A stretch of 44,421 bases of DNA from a virus. Its lineage: Duplodnaviria > Caudoviricetes. Of the stretch, positions 16,838 through 26,196 are shown one piece after another (positions within the stretch are counted from its first letter, which is position 1; each line of letters begins with the position of its first letter). A program made the position numbers and the translations under genes. The stretch lies in the IMG/VR virus record IMGVR_UViG_3300032212_000031, positions 1 through 44,421 of that record; one strand, written 5' to 3'. The notes under the pieces were generated by a model that worked only from the letters and a program-made list of their open reading frames with translations, was not told the origin of the DNA and ran no database searches.

Positions 16838-17236
16838 TCAGGTGTTTCTTGCGCGATACCGGATAGCAACCGGAATGCGGTAATTCGTGTCGTCTGGAAA
16901 GCCGCCGCGAATGTCTGGCCGCGCCATGATTGTGACCGTTCCGCCCGTGATCGTCAGTCGCGACCCTTCAGGGAAGCGCGCCGCCACCGCGCCCGCCAGA
17001 TCAAGGCCCGCGTCGGTGCCGCCGCCTTTGGCCGCCGCGACAATGACCATCATCGTGCCTTCCTCGTAGTGAACCTCGTTGCCCTTGAGCGTCCCGCCCT
17101 CTTGTCTGACGCCTGTAAACTCGACCTCAAGGCGCGGCGTGGTGCCGCTGTCCTTCACGTTGGGCCATGCCGTATCCGCGACTGCCCCGCCTAGTAGCTG
17201 TGCCTTCATGGCGTTGCGAATGTCTTTCGTGTTCAT
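16838..17236 (-). CDS. Tail terminator (DUF4128-like)
   Basis: AWPN, A..F..G and PV.I.Y motifs; synteny; start MNTKD. Confidence 0.7.
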   Translation of the reverse strand: MNTKDIRNAMKAQLLGGAVADTAWPNVKDSGTTPRLEVEFTGVRQEGGTLKGNEVHYEEGTMMVIVAAAKGGGTDAGLDLAGAVAARFPEGSRLTITGGTVTIMARPDIRGGFPDDTNYRIPVAIRYRARNT

Positions 17237-17676
17237 GGCCGCACCCTCAATTTCGCCTCTGCGGTTGCCGCGCGCACAATGGCAGGCCAATCGGCGGCCC
17301 TATCGTCAATCCAGAATGTCCCCGGCACGCCGTTCGCACCGTAATGAACTTCTTTGACATATGGTGCAGCCGCGCCACCCCATGAGAACACCGCGCGGTC
17401 CCCGGCACCCATGAAACCGACAACGAGCGCATAACTGTCCTGCCCAGCTTGACTGATCGCTGTGCTTCCGTAGAGCGTCGATTGCAGGGACGCTGCCAGC
17501 ACCCCCAGATCACGCGGTATCGTACCGCGCTGTCGTGTTCCGCTTCGATTAATGCCCGGCGCGATGCGAATGCCACGTAACAGGTTATTTGTCGCCTGCT
17601 TCGTAACCGCGTCCAGCCGCCGCTCCGAAAGCCTTACCCATCGGTCTATATCGGCCATGAATGTGCGCCGGGTCAT
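17233..17676 (-). CDS. HK97 gp10-like tail completion protein
   Basis: P.D.G.L..S, PY...VHYG and G.FW motifs. Confidence 0.75.
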   Translation of the reverse strand: MTRRTFMADIDRWVRLSERRLDAVTKQATNNLLRGIRIAPGINRSGTRQRGTIPRDLGVLAASLQSTLYGSTAISQAGQDSYALVVGFMGAGDRAVFSWGGAAAPYVKEVHYGANGVPGTFWIDDRAADWPAIVRAATAEAKLRVRP

Positions 17677-18710
17677 TCCAAGGCGCTCAGAAAATCCACG
17701 TCAAGACGCACCACACATCTGCAATTTATGATCTCGCTGCCCGGTGCGCCGAGGCTGCTATCGCCCGGATAAAGCATCTGGAACCCTGCCCCTGTTGTGA
17801 ACGGCTCATTTGCCCCGCGTTGCTGACCGTCCATCGCTCTGTGGCTGTCGCGCGTGGCGCTGTCCTCTGCGCTATCCCAATCCCGCTTGACCGCATTGGC
17901 CCCGATGTCGCCCCGGTCGATCATCTGCTGGATGCCTTCATCTTGCGCCGCATGAAGGCTTCCCAGAAGTTCCGTTCTGGCGATGGTTTCCCCGCGCGAT
18001 CGCAGCAGGCCGTTGCGGTATGCCCGCGTGATCCTTGTCGCGTCAGCGCGGGGAACTGCCCGCCCCTCGCGGATCGCTGTCGCCACCATCCTGTCAAATC
18101 GCCGGTCTCGCGTCGTGCCGGAACGGCTAAGATAAGACCGCATCAGCGTGGGGTCTCCGCTGGTCAATTCCGCAAAAGCTGCGCGCGCCCAGCCTGCCTG
18201 CTGTTGTGTCAGGCCAATGATGCCACCCTCGCGGCGTCCTGTAGCGCGGTTGATGCGTCCAATCAAATCCAACGCGGTTGTGCGCGGCGAAGTCTGCGCT
18301 CGCGCTGCCGCCGTGATCGTGTCTCGCGCCGCGTCCCTGATGCTTTCGGTGATCTCGACCACTAGCGCGGCGGCGCGCTGTTCAAGATACCGTTCCGCCC
18401 GCAAGTTACGCTCCGAAAAACGCCCGGTGACCTGCGCACCTTGCCGTGATGCGTCGGCCATGAGAGAAGCCATCGCCAGATCACCCCCGGCCTCATATGC
18501 GCTGCGCATTGCCCGATCAAGTGGGGCGAAATATTCCGGCCCCAGGGCGAGAACGCGCAAAGCACCGTCAACGTCCCCATTCCGAATAGCGGACTCAAGA
18601 GCCGCCAGTTGCGTGTCACCCCGGACGTTCAGGATGCTTTCGATGAAGGCGTCCCGCACCGTTGGGGAGAGTTGGTCCAAGAGTTGCAGAAGCGTCAGCC
18701 GTCTTGCCAT
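17673..18710 (-). CDS. Minor head protein (SPP1 gp7 / Mu F-like morphogenesis protein)
   Basis: TIARTE, W....D..TR.SH..MDGQ, YPGD and INCRC motifs. Confidence 0.9.
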   Translation of the reverse strand: MARRLTLLQLLDQLSPTVRDAFIESILNVRGDTQLAALESAIRNGDVDGALRVLALGPEYFAPLDRAMRSAYEAGGDLAMASLMADASRQGAQVTGRFSERNLRAERYLEQRAAALVVEITESIRDAARDTITAAARAQTSPRTTALDLIGRINRATGRREGGIIGLTQQQAGWARAAFAELTSGDPTLMRSYLSRSGTTRDRRFDRMVATAIREGRAVPRADATRITRAYRNGLLRSRGETIARTELLGSLHAAQDEGIQQMIDRGDIGANAVKRDWDSAEDSATRDSHRAMDGQQRGANEPFTTGAGFQMLYPGDSSLGAPGSEIINCRCVVRLDVDFLSALE

Positions 18711-18826
18711 TCTGCGCCTCCATCATCCATCCGAACAGGATCATCGTTTCCAAATATCCGCGCCAGAATGCGGTCTCAACAGCCGCGCGGCTTTCATTTG
18801 GGTAATCGTCGATGATGCTACGATGC

Positions 18827-19027
18827 TCAGGAATACGAAGCGACGATCTGATCATTCCGCATTCTGTATGGGCTAAACCCAGGCATCCAAAGGTCGCCAG
18901 ATCTATCGCCCGGTGGCGTGTGCCGCGCAAAGTCGTTAGGTGGCTCACCGCTTATCACATTGGTGTCGATTTGTGTCCTGCTCTGGTCTCCCAGAACTGC
19001 TATTTCAATCCAGTTGCGCTCTATCAT
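18827..19027 (-). CDS. Hypothetical 66-aa protein (MIERNWIE...)
   Basis: ATGA overlap with the upstream gene's stop; no recognisable motif. Confidence 0.4.
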   Translation of the reverse strand: MIERNWIEIAVLGDQSRTQIDTNVISGEPPNDFARHTPPGDRSGDLWMPGFSPYRMRNDQIVASYS

Positions 19028-19377
19028 TCTGACAAATCCACTTCCCAGAGGATCAAGGTGCCGCCAGGTGCCAATGAGCGAACCTCGCTGATTTCGTGCC
19101 AAGTCCCGCCGATCAGAACCGTATCTGCTTTCTCCGGCGTTACGCTGGCGCTAGTGCTGACTAGCAGTGTCCGCCGTGTCTGCGCGACAAGAGCGCCGGA
19201 AGCATCGCGCTCCCGATGGTTCAGGTCAACTACTGTTATCTGCGTGTCCGTTGGCGTCTGCATCGGCGCATATTCGGTGCCGCTATTCACGATCTTCTTG
19301 AGCGTGGCAGCCTGACCAAATCGCAAGATCAACCGTTCCGCCGTGGCCTGCGATCTGGCGTAGTTAAAAACAGCCAT
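19024..19377 (-). CDS. Head closure / head-tail joining protein
   Basis: A.RLI..FG...TL start and V..L.PGG..IL end; synteny. Confidence 0.75.
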   Translation of the reverse strand: MAVFNYARSQATAERLILRFGQAATLKKIVNSGTEYAPMQTPTDTQITVVDLNHRERDASGALVAQTRRTLLVSTSASVTPEKADTVLIGGTWHEISEVRSLAPGGTLILWEVDLSE

Positions 19378-19727
19378 CAGATATCTGCGAAGATCGCCCG
19401 CGCGGTAAGTGTCCGCAGGCCTTCGCCATCGTCGCTGTCCTCAACCTTGCGCTTTGCCACATCCTTCCGATCGATGCCCTGCGCTTCCAGAATGTCCAGC
19501 AACTCGCCCCGTGTCGCCTTGGCGATAGTGGCGCGGGTCAGCGGTTCCGGGGCCTCGACGGGGCGGCGCGCCGCAATCTTGCCCGAGGCCAGCATTCGTG
19601 CGCCAAAGGCGTCGTTTTCGGTTGCGGTCATGGTTTGCGCAGATACTGGCAACAGCCCTTTTGCCGGGATGACATGACCGCTGGTCAGAGTAATGTCATG
19701 TTCCGTCTGATTGTGGATTTCGATCAT
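19377..19727 (-). CDS. Hypothetical head-region protein (MIEIHNQ...)
   Basis: GGAGG RBS; coupled to both neighbours; short helical C-terminal domain. Confidence 0.6.
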   Translation of the reverse strand: MIEIHNQTEHDITLTSGHVIPAKGLLPVSAQTMTATENDAFGARMLASGKIAARRPVEAPEPLTRATIAKATRGELLDILEAQGIDRKDVAKRKVEDSDDGEGLRTLTARAIFADI

Positions 19728-20278
19728 GTCGGCCCTCCAAGTAGGATGCGGGTCCACCCGCTCATGGACGCCATTCGCGCCCTGTATTCATCCGACACGG
19801 CCAACCAGCCGCCCCGAAACCCATCTGCCGTTTTCCACGGCTCTTTCCGGTCATCCCAGAAATGCGGCGTCGGCGTCATCGGCACGCCGCAAAACACCAC
19901 CTTGTCAAACCCCAAGTCAATCAACGCCACCTTGGCGGCAAATAGGCCCGATGATCCGCTCTTTTCCTGTCCCGGAAATCGGTAATCCGTGAACTCCAGG
20001 CCCGGAACATCAATCCCGCGCATTCCGATAATCCGCTCGCCCTCGGTATGCCCGAAGATCCTCTTGGGCGGGGCCAGCCCCTTGGTCGCGCGGTTGGCAA
20101 GCCAGCCCTTCTGTTCAAAATATTGCGGATGCAGCGATACTGCCGCGTCCACGCCTCCGCTCCACTCTGTCAGCGCGTCGTTCACCGTAATCACGCCGTC
20201 AATCGGCCCGGTATAGGCCGCGATATCATCGTGCAGAGACGCGCCGCCGCCCAGCACCAGAGCTGTTGTCACGCGCAA
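19724..20278 (-). CDS. GT42/GT29 sialyltransferase-like or Maf/MptE-like Rossmann transferase
   Basis: VLGGGASL, TVN, SGSSG..AAKVAL..LGF.KVVFCGV.M....HF, resembling the GxGPS...N...TSG...ALG...I.L.G.D pattern. Confidence 0.55.
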   Translation of the reverse strand: MRVTTALVLGGGASLHDDIAAYTGPIDGVITVNDALTEWSGGVDAAVSLHPQYFEQKGWLANRATKGLAPPKRIFGHTEGERIIGMRGIDVPGLEFTDYRFPGQEKSGSSGLFAAKVALIDLGFDKVVFCGVPMTPTPHFWDDRKEPWKTADGFRGGWLAVSDEYRARMASMSGWTRILLGGPT

Positions 20279-20835
20279 CCAACCGCGAACACATGCACCG
20301 GGCAGTGTTGTGTCACATCTTGCCCGCCGTGGTCGCTATGCGTAAACGTGACCTTGCCAGCCCCGCCAGTTTCGACATTCTTGAAACCAGCATCCTCAAG
20401 ATCGACACGAAGCCCGTTTTCGGTCCAGCGCCGGTAATCATCGGGATACCCATGAATGGGAAACGCGGTCAGCGTCGTAAATATCGCCACGCCACCGGGG
20501 CGCAGAATCCGCCTCATCTCAGCGAGGGCAATGGCCGGTCGCTTGACATGCTCCATAACCTCGGAGCAAAGAATGCCGGAAAATCGGCCAGTCCAGTCCT
20601 CGGGCATGGTGTGCAGATCGGCCACTACATCGACGTTGTGACCGTCCTGAAAATCCATGCCGGTCCACTTGCCCTGCGCCAGATCGCGATTGACGATCCA
20701 CCATGCATTCGGACGGTGCGACCGTGATCCGACCTCAAGCACGTTGTCGCCAAGCCGGTGTGCGTGGCGTTCAATCCATGCTCGAACATTGCCGCGAACC
20801 GTGCCGATGGGGATGCCGTTTCTCGTTTGCTTCAT
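20269..20835 (-). CDS. Class I SAM-dependent methyltransferase (Methyltransf_11-like, glycan-cluster type)
   Basis: VLEVGS motif I; SEVMEH; RILRPGG; PIHGYPDDYRRWT. Confidence 0.8.
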   Translation of the reverse strand: MKQTRNGIPIGTVRGNVRAWIERHAHRLGDNVLEVGSRSHRPNAWWIVNRDLAQGKWTGMDFQDGHNVDVVADLHTMPEDWTGRFSGILCSEVMEHVKRPAIALAEMRRILRPGGVAIFTTLTAFPIHGYPDDYRRWTENGLRVDLEDAGFKNVETGGAGKVTFTHSDHGGQDVTQHCPVHVFAVGCA

Positions 20836-21434
20836 TTCAGTCGATGTCCCATTCCAATGCCGGGTCTGCCCGGATAACCTTTGATGCCCGTCACCCGTCG
20901 AGGCTCGGGCTTGTGTAGCGCCTTTGCGATGCCCTTTGTGGCCCAGAGGCGAATATCAATGAACTTCTCACCAGAGCGGCACGCATTGACCATCGCCGCC
21001 ACCCCCTCGCCCTTCATGGCCGTGCTGCACAAGCTGGCGTGCCCCTCATTGTTGCACTCCGTCTCGCGCCCGGTCTCGATATGGCGATACAGAGACATGC
21101 TTTCACCGACCAGATCAGCATCGTCTAGCCAGCCTTCGCAAGTCGCAAGCCAATCTGGCGCGTAGAGGTCATCGTCTTCGATTACCACCACACGCTCGCT
21201 GCAATAGGGCAGTCCGTGCAGAAGGTTACGCGCCTGTGTGTTCTGCCCCGGCTCCCAAAGCGGCTCAGGCCGCAGATGCACGATCTCCCATTTGTCGATC
21301 TGCGGCGTTGGCATGGGCTCCGGGCCATCGTCAACGATCACCCATCGGGATGGAATGGTCTGCGCTCGCATATGCTCGACGCAGGCCGCAAACGCATCCG
21401 GGCGCGCGCCGGTTGGAGTAATGGCGGTGATCAT
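20832..21434 (-). CDS. GT-A fold (GT2-like) glycosyltransferase
   Basis: ITPT..RP, QT, WVIVDDG and IEDDD.Y motifs; TGATG coupling to upstream gene. Confidence 0.8.
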   Translation of the reverse strand: MITAITPTGARPDAFAACVEHMRAQTIPSRWVIVDDGPEPMPTPQIDKWEIVHLRPEPLWEPGQNTQARNLLHGLPYCSERVVVIEDDDLYAPDWLATCEGWLDDADLVGESMSLYRHIETGRETECNNEGHASLCSTAMKGEGVAAMVNACRSGEKFIDIRLWATKGIAKALHKPEPRRVTGIKGYPGRPGIGMGHRLK

Positions 21435-21991
21435 CAGATGACCTTGCCGACAGAGCCCATCCAAAGCGACGGGCCTTTCAGGTCGGGAACGAGGATGGAC
21501 GCAAGTAGGTCTCGCACCGATGTAAGCATGACCCGCGCGGCCTGCACGTCGCCGCCGTCGCGGTATTCCACCTTAACGCCAGCACCACCAACACTCTCGG
21601 ATTTCACCACGTCAGTCGGCGTGACCGTGGCGAAAAGAATGCCCGCATTGTTCAGGTCAAACCATGCCGCCTCAGAAACAGCGTCCGCAACCTGCGTCGG
21701 TATCGTGCTGGCGCTGATTGCCGTGCCGTCTGTGAACACCGCGCCGGAACGTGGCCACTCGCGCCGCTGTGACGCCGACGCCCTCACACCTGGCCAGCGC
21801 TTCGGAAGCCGCTCAGTTGGCCCGCCGACGCCTTCGACCCAGACCGTTCCGCGCCGAATTGCAGGTTCAATTTCGGCAGCATCATCCATGGCCGAGTAAT
21901 CCCAGCCGCGCGCATCTGCGTAGGCTTTGAAATCGACCAGAGAAACAAGCGCATCGTCGGACGCGCCGCCGGGAGTGATTGTCAGGGGCAT
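21434..21991 (-). CDS. Head-tail adaptor (DnaT-like family)
   Basis: Y..ARG, W.G......Q..EWPR, IP.QV..A..E.A and VKSE.VG motifs. Confidence 0.8.
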   Translation of the reverse strand: MPLTITPGGASDDALVSLVDFKAYADARGWDYSAMDDAAEIEPAIRRGTVWVEGVGGPTERLPKRWPGVRASASQRREWPRSGAVFTDGTAISASTIPTQVADAVSEAAWFDLNNAGILFATVTPTDVVKSESVGGAGVKVEYRDGGDVQAARVMLTSVRDLLASILVPDLKGPSLWMGSVGKVI

Positions 21992-21994
21992 GGG

Positions 21995-22168
21995 TTAGCC
22001 CTTCTTGACCTGACGGACAGGCTTTTTAGCCGGATTGGTTACGGCCATGCGTGGGCCGCCGACGGCGCGAACCTTGCCAACCAGATAGCCGGGCAATTCG
22101 CCCTTGATCTCGATGGTATCGCCAACGTCCATACCGTTCGCGCCCTTTTCAACGATTTCGTATTTCAT
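21995..22168 (-). CDS. Small hypothetical protein after capsid gene
   Basis: Start MKYEIVEK with GGAAGG RBS. Confidence 0.6.
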   Translation of the reverse strand: MKYEIVEKGANGMDVGDTIEIKGELPGYLVGKVRAVGGPRMAVTNPAKKPVRQVKKG

Positions 22169-22196
22169 GACGGTTCCCTTCCATGATCTCAGTAAA

Positions 22197-22224
22197 GGGG
22201 CCGGGTTGGTTCGGTTCCCGGCCA
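22197..22224 (-). terminator. Hairpin after major capsid gene (attenuator/terminator-like)
   Basis: GGCCGGG-N11-CCCGGCC stem, followed only by a short CCTTT on the - strand. Confidence 0.4.
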
Positions 22225-22234
22225 CTCCATCAGA

Positions 22235-23245
22235 TCACGATGCGTGTGCGATGCCGCAGGCGTCGTTGGCGTCGTATTTGATCTCAAGCGCAGCGGCGGC
22301 CATCGTGACGAAATTGTAATCGTCCTCCGGGTTCGCACGGAACTGCGCTCGCGTGGTCATCGGCATGGCGCTGAGAAGCTGCACCGCGCGGCGGTTTTTC
22401 ACCACGGCGATGATCTCGTTTGCCGTCACCTTCGACGCCGGAACTACCTGCCCCACGCCCTCCATTTCCATCACACGCTGCGCGATGGTCTTGTTGGGGT
22501 AACTGGACGAGAAGTCAGTGTTGCCCGCATAGAACCAGTCATCCCAGTTCACATAGAGCGTCACCGGGACGCGGAAGTTGTTGTCATGCAGCAGCTTCAG
22601 CGTCGCCTTCACTTCGGTCAGCCATTCGGCCCCGGTCGCGCCGTTCAGTGTGACGCCCGAGGTGATCGAACGGGTTTCCCGTTTCGGATGGTTGCGCAGG
22701 CCGTAGAGTTGCGCCCCCCCGACCACGATATCCGCGTCACCGTCAAGCGTCTGGGTTTCCAGTTGCTCGGCGACCTTGAACATCGCGTTCGACCGGCCAT
22801 CGTCATCCAGCGAAAAGCCTTCCGACCGGGCCGCCTCGATCTGACGCCAGCCGTAGCTGAACGCGCTGTCGATGATCGGCACCGGAGTGCCTTGGTAAGT
22901 GATCGTGGGCTGGTCAGTGCGCGCTTTCGAGCGACCGTCCAGAGACACGTTCACGGTGCCGCTGTCGGACACCTGGCGGAAGTGGTGAACCAGCTTGCCG
23001 ATGGGCATGGGCATTGCCACAGACGAAGCCAGGTCATTGAAAACCGAAAGCACCTCGCGCTGGATTTCCACCGCCTCACGATCCCAGACACCCCAAACGT
23101 CGCGGGGCAGCGGGGATGCATTGCCGACAAGGCCAGCGTTGTTCCCAGAAAGGCCAAAATCGGTGGCCATGGCCGCTTGGCGTGCATTGAACGCCGTGCG
23201 GTTTGCAAGCACAACGGCTTGCTGTTGCTCAGTAAAACGAAGCAT
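22235..23245 (-). CDS. Major capsid protein (HK97 fold)
   Basis: 336 aa; YGLRNHP and PVPI motifs; AAGGAGG RBS; follows decoration gene. Confidence 0.9.
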   Translation of the reverse strand: MLRFTEQQQAVVLANRTAFNARQAAMATDFGLSGNNAGLVGNASPLPRDVWGVWDREAVEIQREVLSVFNDLASSVAMPMPIGKLVHHFRQVSDSGTVNVSLDGRSKARTDQPTITYQGTPVPIIDSAFSYGWRQIEAARSEGFSLDDDGRSNAMFKVAEQLETQTLDGDADIVVGGAQLYGLRNHPKRETRSITSGVTLNGATGAEWLTEVKATLKLLHDNNFRVPVTLYVNWDDWFYAGNTDFSSSYPNKTIAQRVMEMEGVGQVVPASKVTANEIIAVVKNRRAVQLLSAMPMTTRAQFRANPEDDYNFVTMAAAALEIKYDANDACGIAHAS

Positions 23246-23255
23246 CAGGGCCTCC

Positions 23256-23708
23256 TTATGCCGTGGGCATGGTGAAGGCGTTCGCCCAAACCACGTCTTT
23301 GAGGGAACCGGCGGTCACTGCCCCGGCGGTATCGTCGAAATAGGCGTAGACGACATCACCGGCGGGCGAGTCGACGGCCTTGGCCAGATAGCCCGAAGCG
23401 TCAAGCGTGAGCTTGTCGCCTTTGGCATAGGTCGCGTTTGCCAAACGCACCTGGTAGACCTCGCCCGGACGCGGCTCATAGGCCACGCCGGTGTCTCCGG
23501 ATGCATAGGCGGTCGTCACGTCCTGGTCATAGAAGCGGCGATTGGACAGGACATAGACACGCTCGCCCATATCGGATGCCGTCGCCACGGTCAGGGTCGC
23601 GCCGTCCGAGGTGCAGAGGATGCCGGGGCTATACGCGCCCGCCACCAACTGGTTCACGGTCTGCGGCTCATTCGCCACGGGACCGCGATAGATCACATTT
23701 CCGGCCAT
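23256..23708 (-). CDS. Capsid decoration/cement protein
   Basis: Start MAGNVIYRGP; A....PG, Y..GD and GD.L.....G.L motifs; synteny. Confidence 0.75.
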   Translation of the reverse strand: MAGNVIYRGPVANEPQTVNQLVAGAYSPGILCTSDGATLTVATASDMGERVYVLSNRRFYDQDVTTAYASGDTGVAYEPRPGEVYQVRLANATYAKGDKLTLDASGYLAKAVDSPAGDVVYAYFDDTAGAVTAGSLKDVVWANAFTMPTA

Positions 23709-24862
23709 CAGTGCGCCTCCTTCTTCTCGCCGTCGATGAGGGTGTTCAGGCTGTAGCCCTTCCACTCGTCATCTTCGCCGCCGTCACCGCCGAACGCGCT
23801 GTTCAGCGCAGCGGCTCCCTTGGGCTTCGACTTCTCGACCAGCTTGTTCAGCGCGGCCATGCTCATGCCTTCGAGATCGGCCTCTTCCCAATGGCCAGTC
23901 TTGGTTAGGGCGTTGACCGCTTCGGCGCGCTTGGCGTCCTCTTCGGCTTTCTGGTTCGCGGCGATGGTATCGACGTGATCCTTGATCGGCTTCACCGCGT
24001 CGGTGACGGCGCTGGCGATGGTATCGCCGATCTTCTCCATGCTGTCCGTGAGGGCGTTGACCTTCGCGGAAAGCTCTTCAAGCTGCTTGTCATCAGCCAT
24101 ATCTGCTTCTCCTTGATTTGCAGAGGTATCCCGCCCATGCGACCCGGTTACGGCCTCCATGATCGCGGACTTGATCCGTTCGAGCAGTGGAAGACGTTCC
24201 ATCCGCTCAACGGCACGGGCGGCCATGTCGGCAGCCCATTCCAGGTCGCGCTCGGCGTCTTCGAGCGCGGAATTGACGACGCGGATTTCTTGTTCCGCGC
24301 CCTTCGAGTTGACCATCATGCCGACGCCCTGTTCCGGCGTGGCTGCACCCTCCTCGTCAACGAGGATCGCGTCATGGTCAAAGAACATGTTGCGGGCGAT
24401 ATGCTTGTAGCCCACGTCGCCGTTGGCGGCCTCCAGATCGAGAAACAGCCCCGTCGATGTATGGACCGGATCGCCCTTTTCGATAGCGTTGAGGATCGCC
24501 TTGCCCTTGGCGGACTGGTTCGCGCGTTCAACGTCGATCACCTTATCCAGAAGGACGCGGCCATTCTCGCGGCGCACATTTTCGTTCCACGCTCCGACCC
24601 ATCCGATATTGATGCCTTCCGGGTCCGACGCGCTGACGAACTTGCCGTTGATCGTCGGATGGCCAGCAGGGGCCGGTGTCCGGTTCAGAGTGGCAAAGGA
24701 GCGCTCGATCTCGTCCGCCGGATACATGATGTCATTCATCACCACGTTATCGGGCAGGGTCGCGCTCGGCACGATTACCACGTCGCGGCCATTGCGCTTT
24801 TCGCGGCGCACGGCCTTGGTATTGGCCAACGTGCGGACGTTGACGCGAATGCGTTCGGTCAT
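23708..24862 (-). CDS. Prohead protease/scaffold (DUF2213-like)
   Basis: GHP, HTSTG and DHDAIL..E.GA motifs; coiled-coil C-terminal scaffold. Confidence 0.8.
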   Translation of the reverse strand: MTERIRVNVRTLANTKAVRREKRNGRDVVIVPSATLPDNVVMNDIMYPADEIERSFATLNRTPAPAGHPTINGKFVSASDPEGINIGWVGAWNENVRRENGRVLLDKVIDVERANQSAKGKAILNAIEKGDPVHTSTGLFLDLEAANGDVGYKHIARNMFFDHDAILVDEEGAATPEQGVGMMVNSKGAEQEIRVVNSALEDAERDLEWAADMAARAVERMERLPLLERIKSAIMEAVTGSHGRDTSANQGEADMADDKQLEELSAKVNALTDSMEKIGDTIASAVTDAVKPIKDHVDTIAANQKAEEDAKRAEAVNALTKTGHWEEADLEGMSMAALNKLVEKSKPKGAAALNSAFGGDGGEDDEWKGYSLNTLIDGEKKEAH

Positions 24863-26196
24863 TCCTCATCCTCCATAGTGTCTCCGCCGATCACCGGCTC
24901 CAGACCGATCACGTCGCGGATTTCTTCGGGCAAGAACACAAGCTCACCGCCAGCTGCCATTTTGCTATTAACGTCTGCCATCTTCTGCGCGCGGTCTATC
25001 CGCTGCGACATGTTGGCTTCGGTCAGGTCGGTCCATGACAGGAACCAATCGCGCTCGGGCAGAATGCCGAACTGCTCAAGCCGGTTGACGATCTGCATGA
25101 TGGACGGGACGATCTCGTCCGACCGGCGACCCATGCAGGTCTTTGCCCATTCGCTCGCGTCCTCTGTGCTGGCGCGTTCGCCGGTCTGCATTCCAATGAG
25201 GATCTTGACCGGGATGTTCATTGACGCCGCAAAGCTGTCCATCGGCCCAGATCTGAAATGTTGCGGGCTTGGCAATGTGATACCAAGCGTTTTGGCCTCG
25301 ATGCCTTGTAGCATCAGGAGTTTGTCAAAGCCCTTCTGCCAATCCTCAACCTGGTCATTCATCGCCTCGACAAGATCTTCCTTGGCGACGCCCATGGCCT
25401 GCGCCATCTGATCCAGTTGTGCTTCTTTGTCGATCTGAAGGACAGGTGCTGATTTGGCGTTCTTCCAGAAACCCTCACCGCCGGAGCCGTTTATCTTTTC
25501 CAGCGTCAGCAGGTCATTATATCCCGCCTCAAGCGCAGATCGACCATGCACGGTGCCGTCTTCCGACCACACAATCACGCGGTCTGGATGAACCTCGAAT
25601 GACCGCGACTTGCCTTGTTCGCCGCTACCGACTGCCGCTTCGTTAAAACTGAACATGGTCGGCTGACCGTAGGTTTCCGAAACCTCGTTCGCGTCCCACT
25701 CCGAAACCGTGAGTTGGCCTTCCCAAGCGGGAATGACCTCAACCAGCCCGTCAAGCCCGCCGGGAACCGAAACAACCGGCTCGCGGAACATTTCACCATC
25801 TGCCAATCGCAGGATCACGCCGGAATACCGCCCGACCATTCCGCGCCGATCTGCGGTCGCAAGGCATTGCCAGATACGTAGATCATTAAACCGCTGACGA
25901 ATTTCCCTTTCTAGTGCCGTTTCGCTATGCTTCTCTTCGCGCTCCAAAAGGAACGGGCGGTCTTGCCAGCACATTGAAACGGTCTTTGTGATCGCCGCTT
26001 TTGCGTATCCGTTGCGGGACCACATGTCGTAATAGTTCTGGAACGAAAGCGTTTCAGGCCATCCGAAATCGGCGTAGTGGTTGTGCTTCGCATCTGGAAA
26101 ATAACCGGGAAATAGGCCAGAGATGCGGCGCGTGGTCGCGTTTGCCATTGCGGCCATTGCGGCAACAACCTTCGCGCTGTTTTTCGTATCGGTCAT
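24859..26196 (-). CDS. Portal protein (DUF1073-type)
   Basis: Follows TerL; YG.P..F, VHPDRV and IP.KILIG.QTGERASTED motifs. Confidence 0.9.
   Translation of the reverse strand: MTDTKNSAKVVAAMAAMANATTRRISGLFPGYFPDAKHNHYADFGWPETLSFQNYYDMWSRNGYAKAAITKTVSMCWQDRPFLLEREEKHSETALEREIRQRFNDLRIWQCLATADRRGMVGRYSGVILRLADGEMFREPVVSVPGGLDGLVEVIPAWEGQLTVSEWDANEVSETYGQPTMFSFNEAAVGSGEQGKSRSFEVHPDRVIVWSEDGTVHGRSALEAGYNDLLTLEKINGSGGEGFWKNAKSAPVLQIDKEAQLDQMAQAMGVAKEDLVEAMNDQVEDWQKGFDKLLMLQGIEAKTLGITLPSPQHFRSGPMDSFAASMNIPVKILIGMQTGERASTEDASEWAKTCMGRRSDEIVPSIMQIVNRLEQFGILPERDWFLSWTDLTEANMSQRIDRAQKMADVNSKMAAGGELVFLPEEIRDVIGLEPVIGGDTMEDEE

Noticed and set aside
22235-23245. Encapsulin/Linocin M18
   Set aside because: Context (portal, protease, decoration, adaptor) identifies it as the phage capsid protein
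23975-25411. 478-aa + strand ORF (also 22244-23275, 12539-13294, 14657-15346)
   Set aside because: Antisense shadows of high-GC structural genes, without motifs or RBS
24859-26196. Anti-CBASS Acb1 label sometimes attached to DUF1073 proteins
   Set aside because: Size, motifs and position after TerL indicate portal
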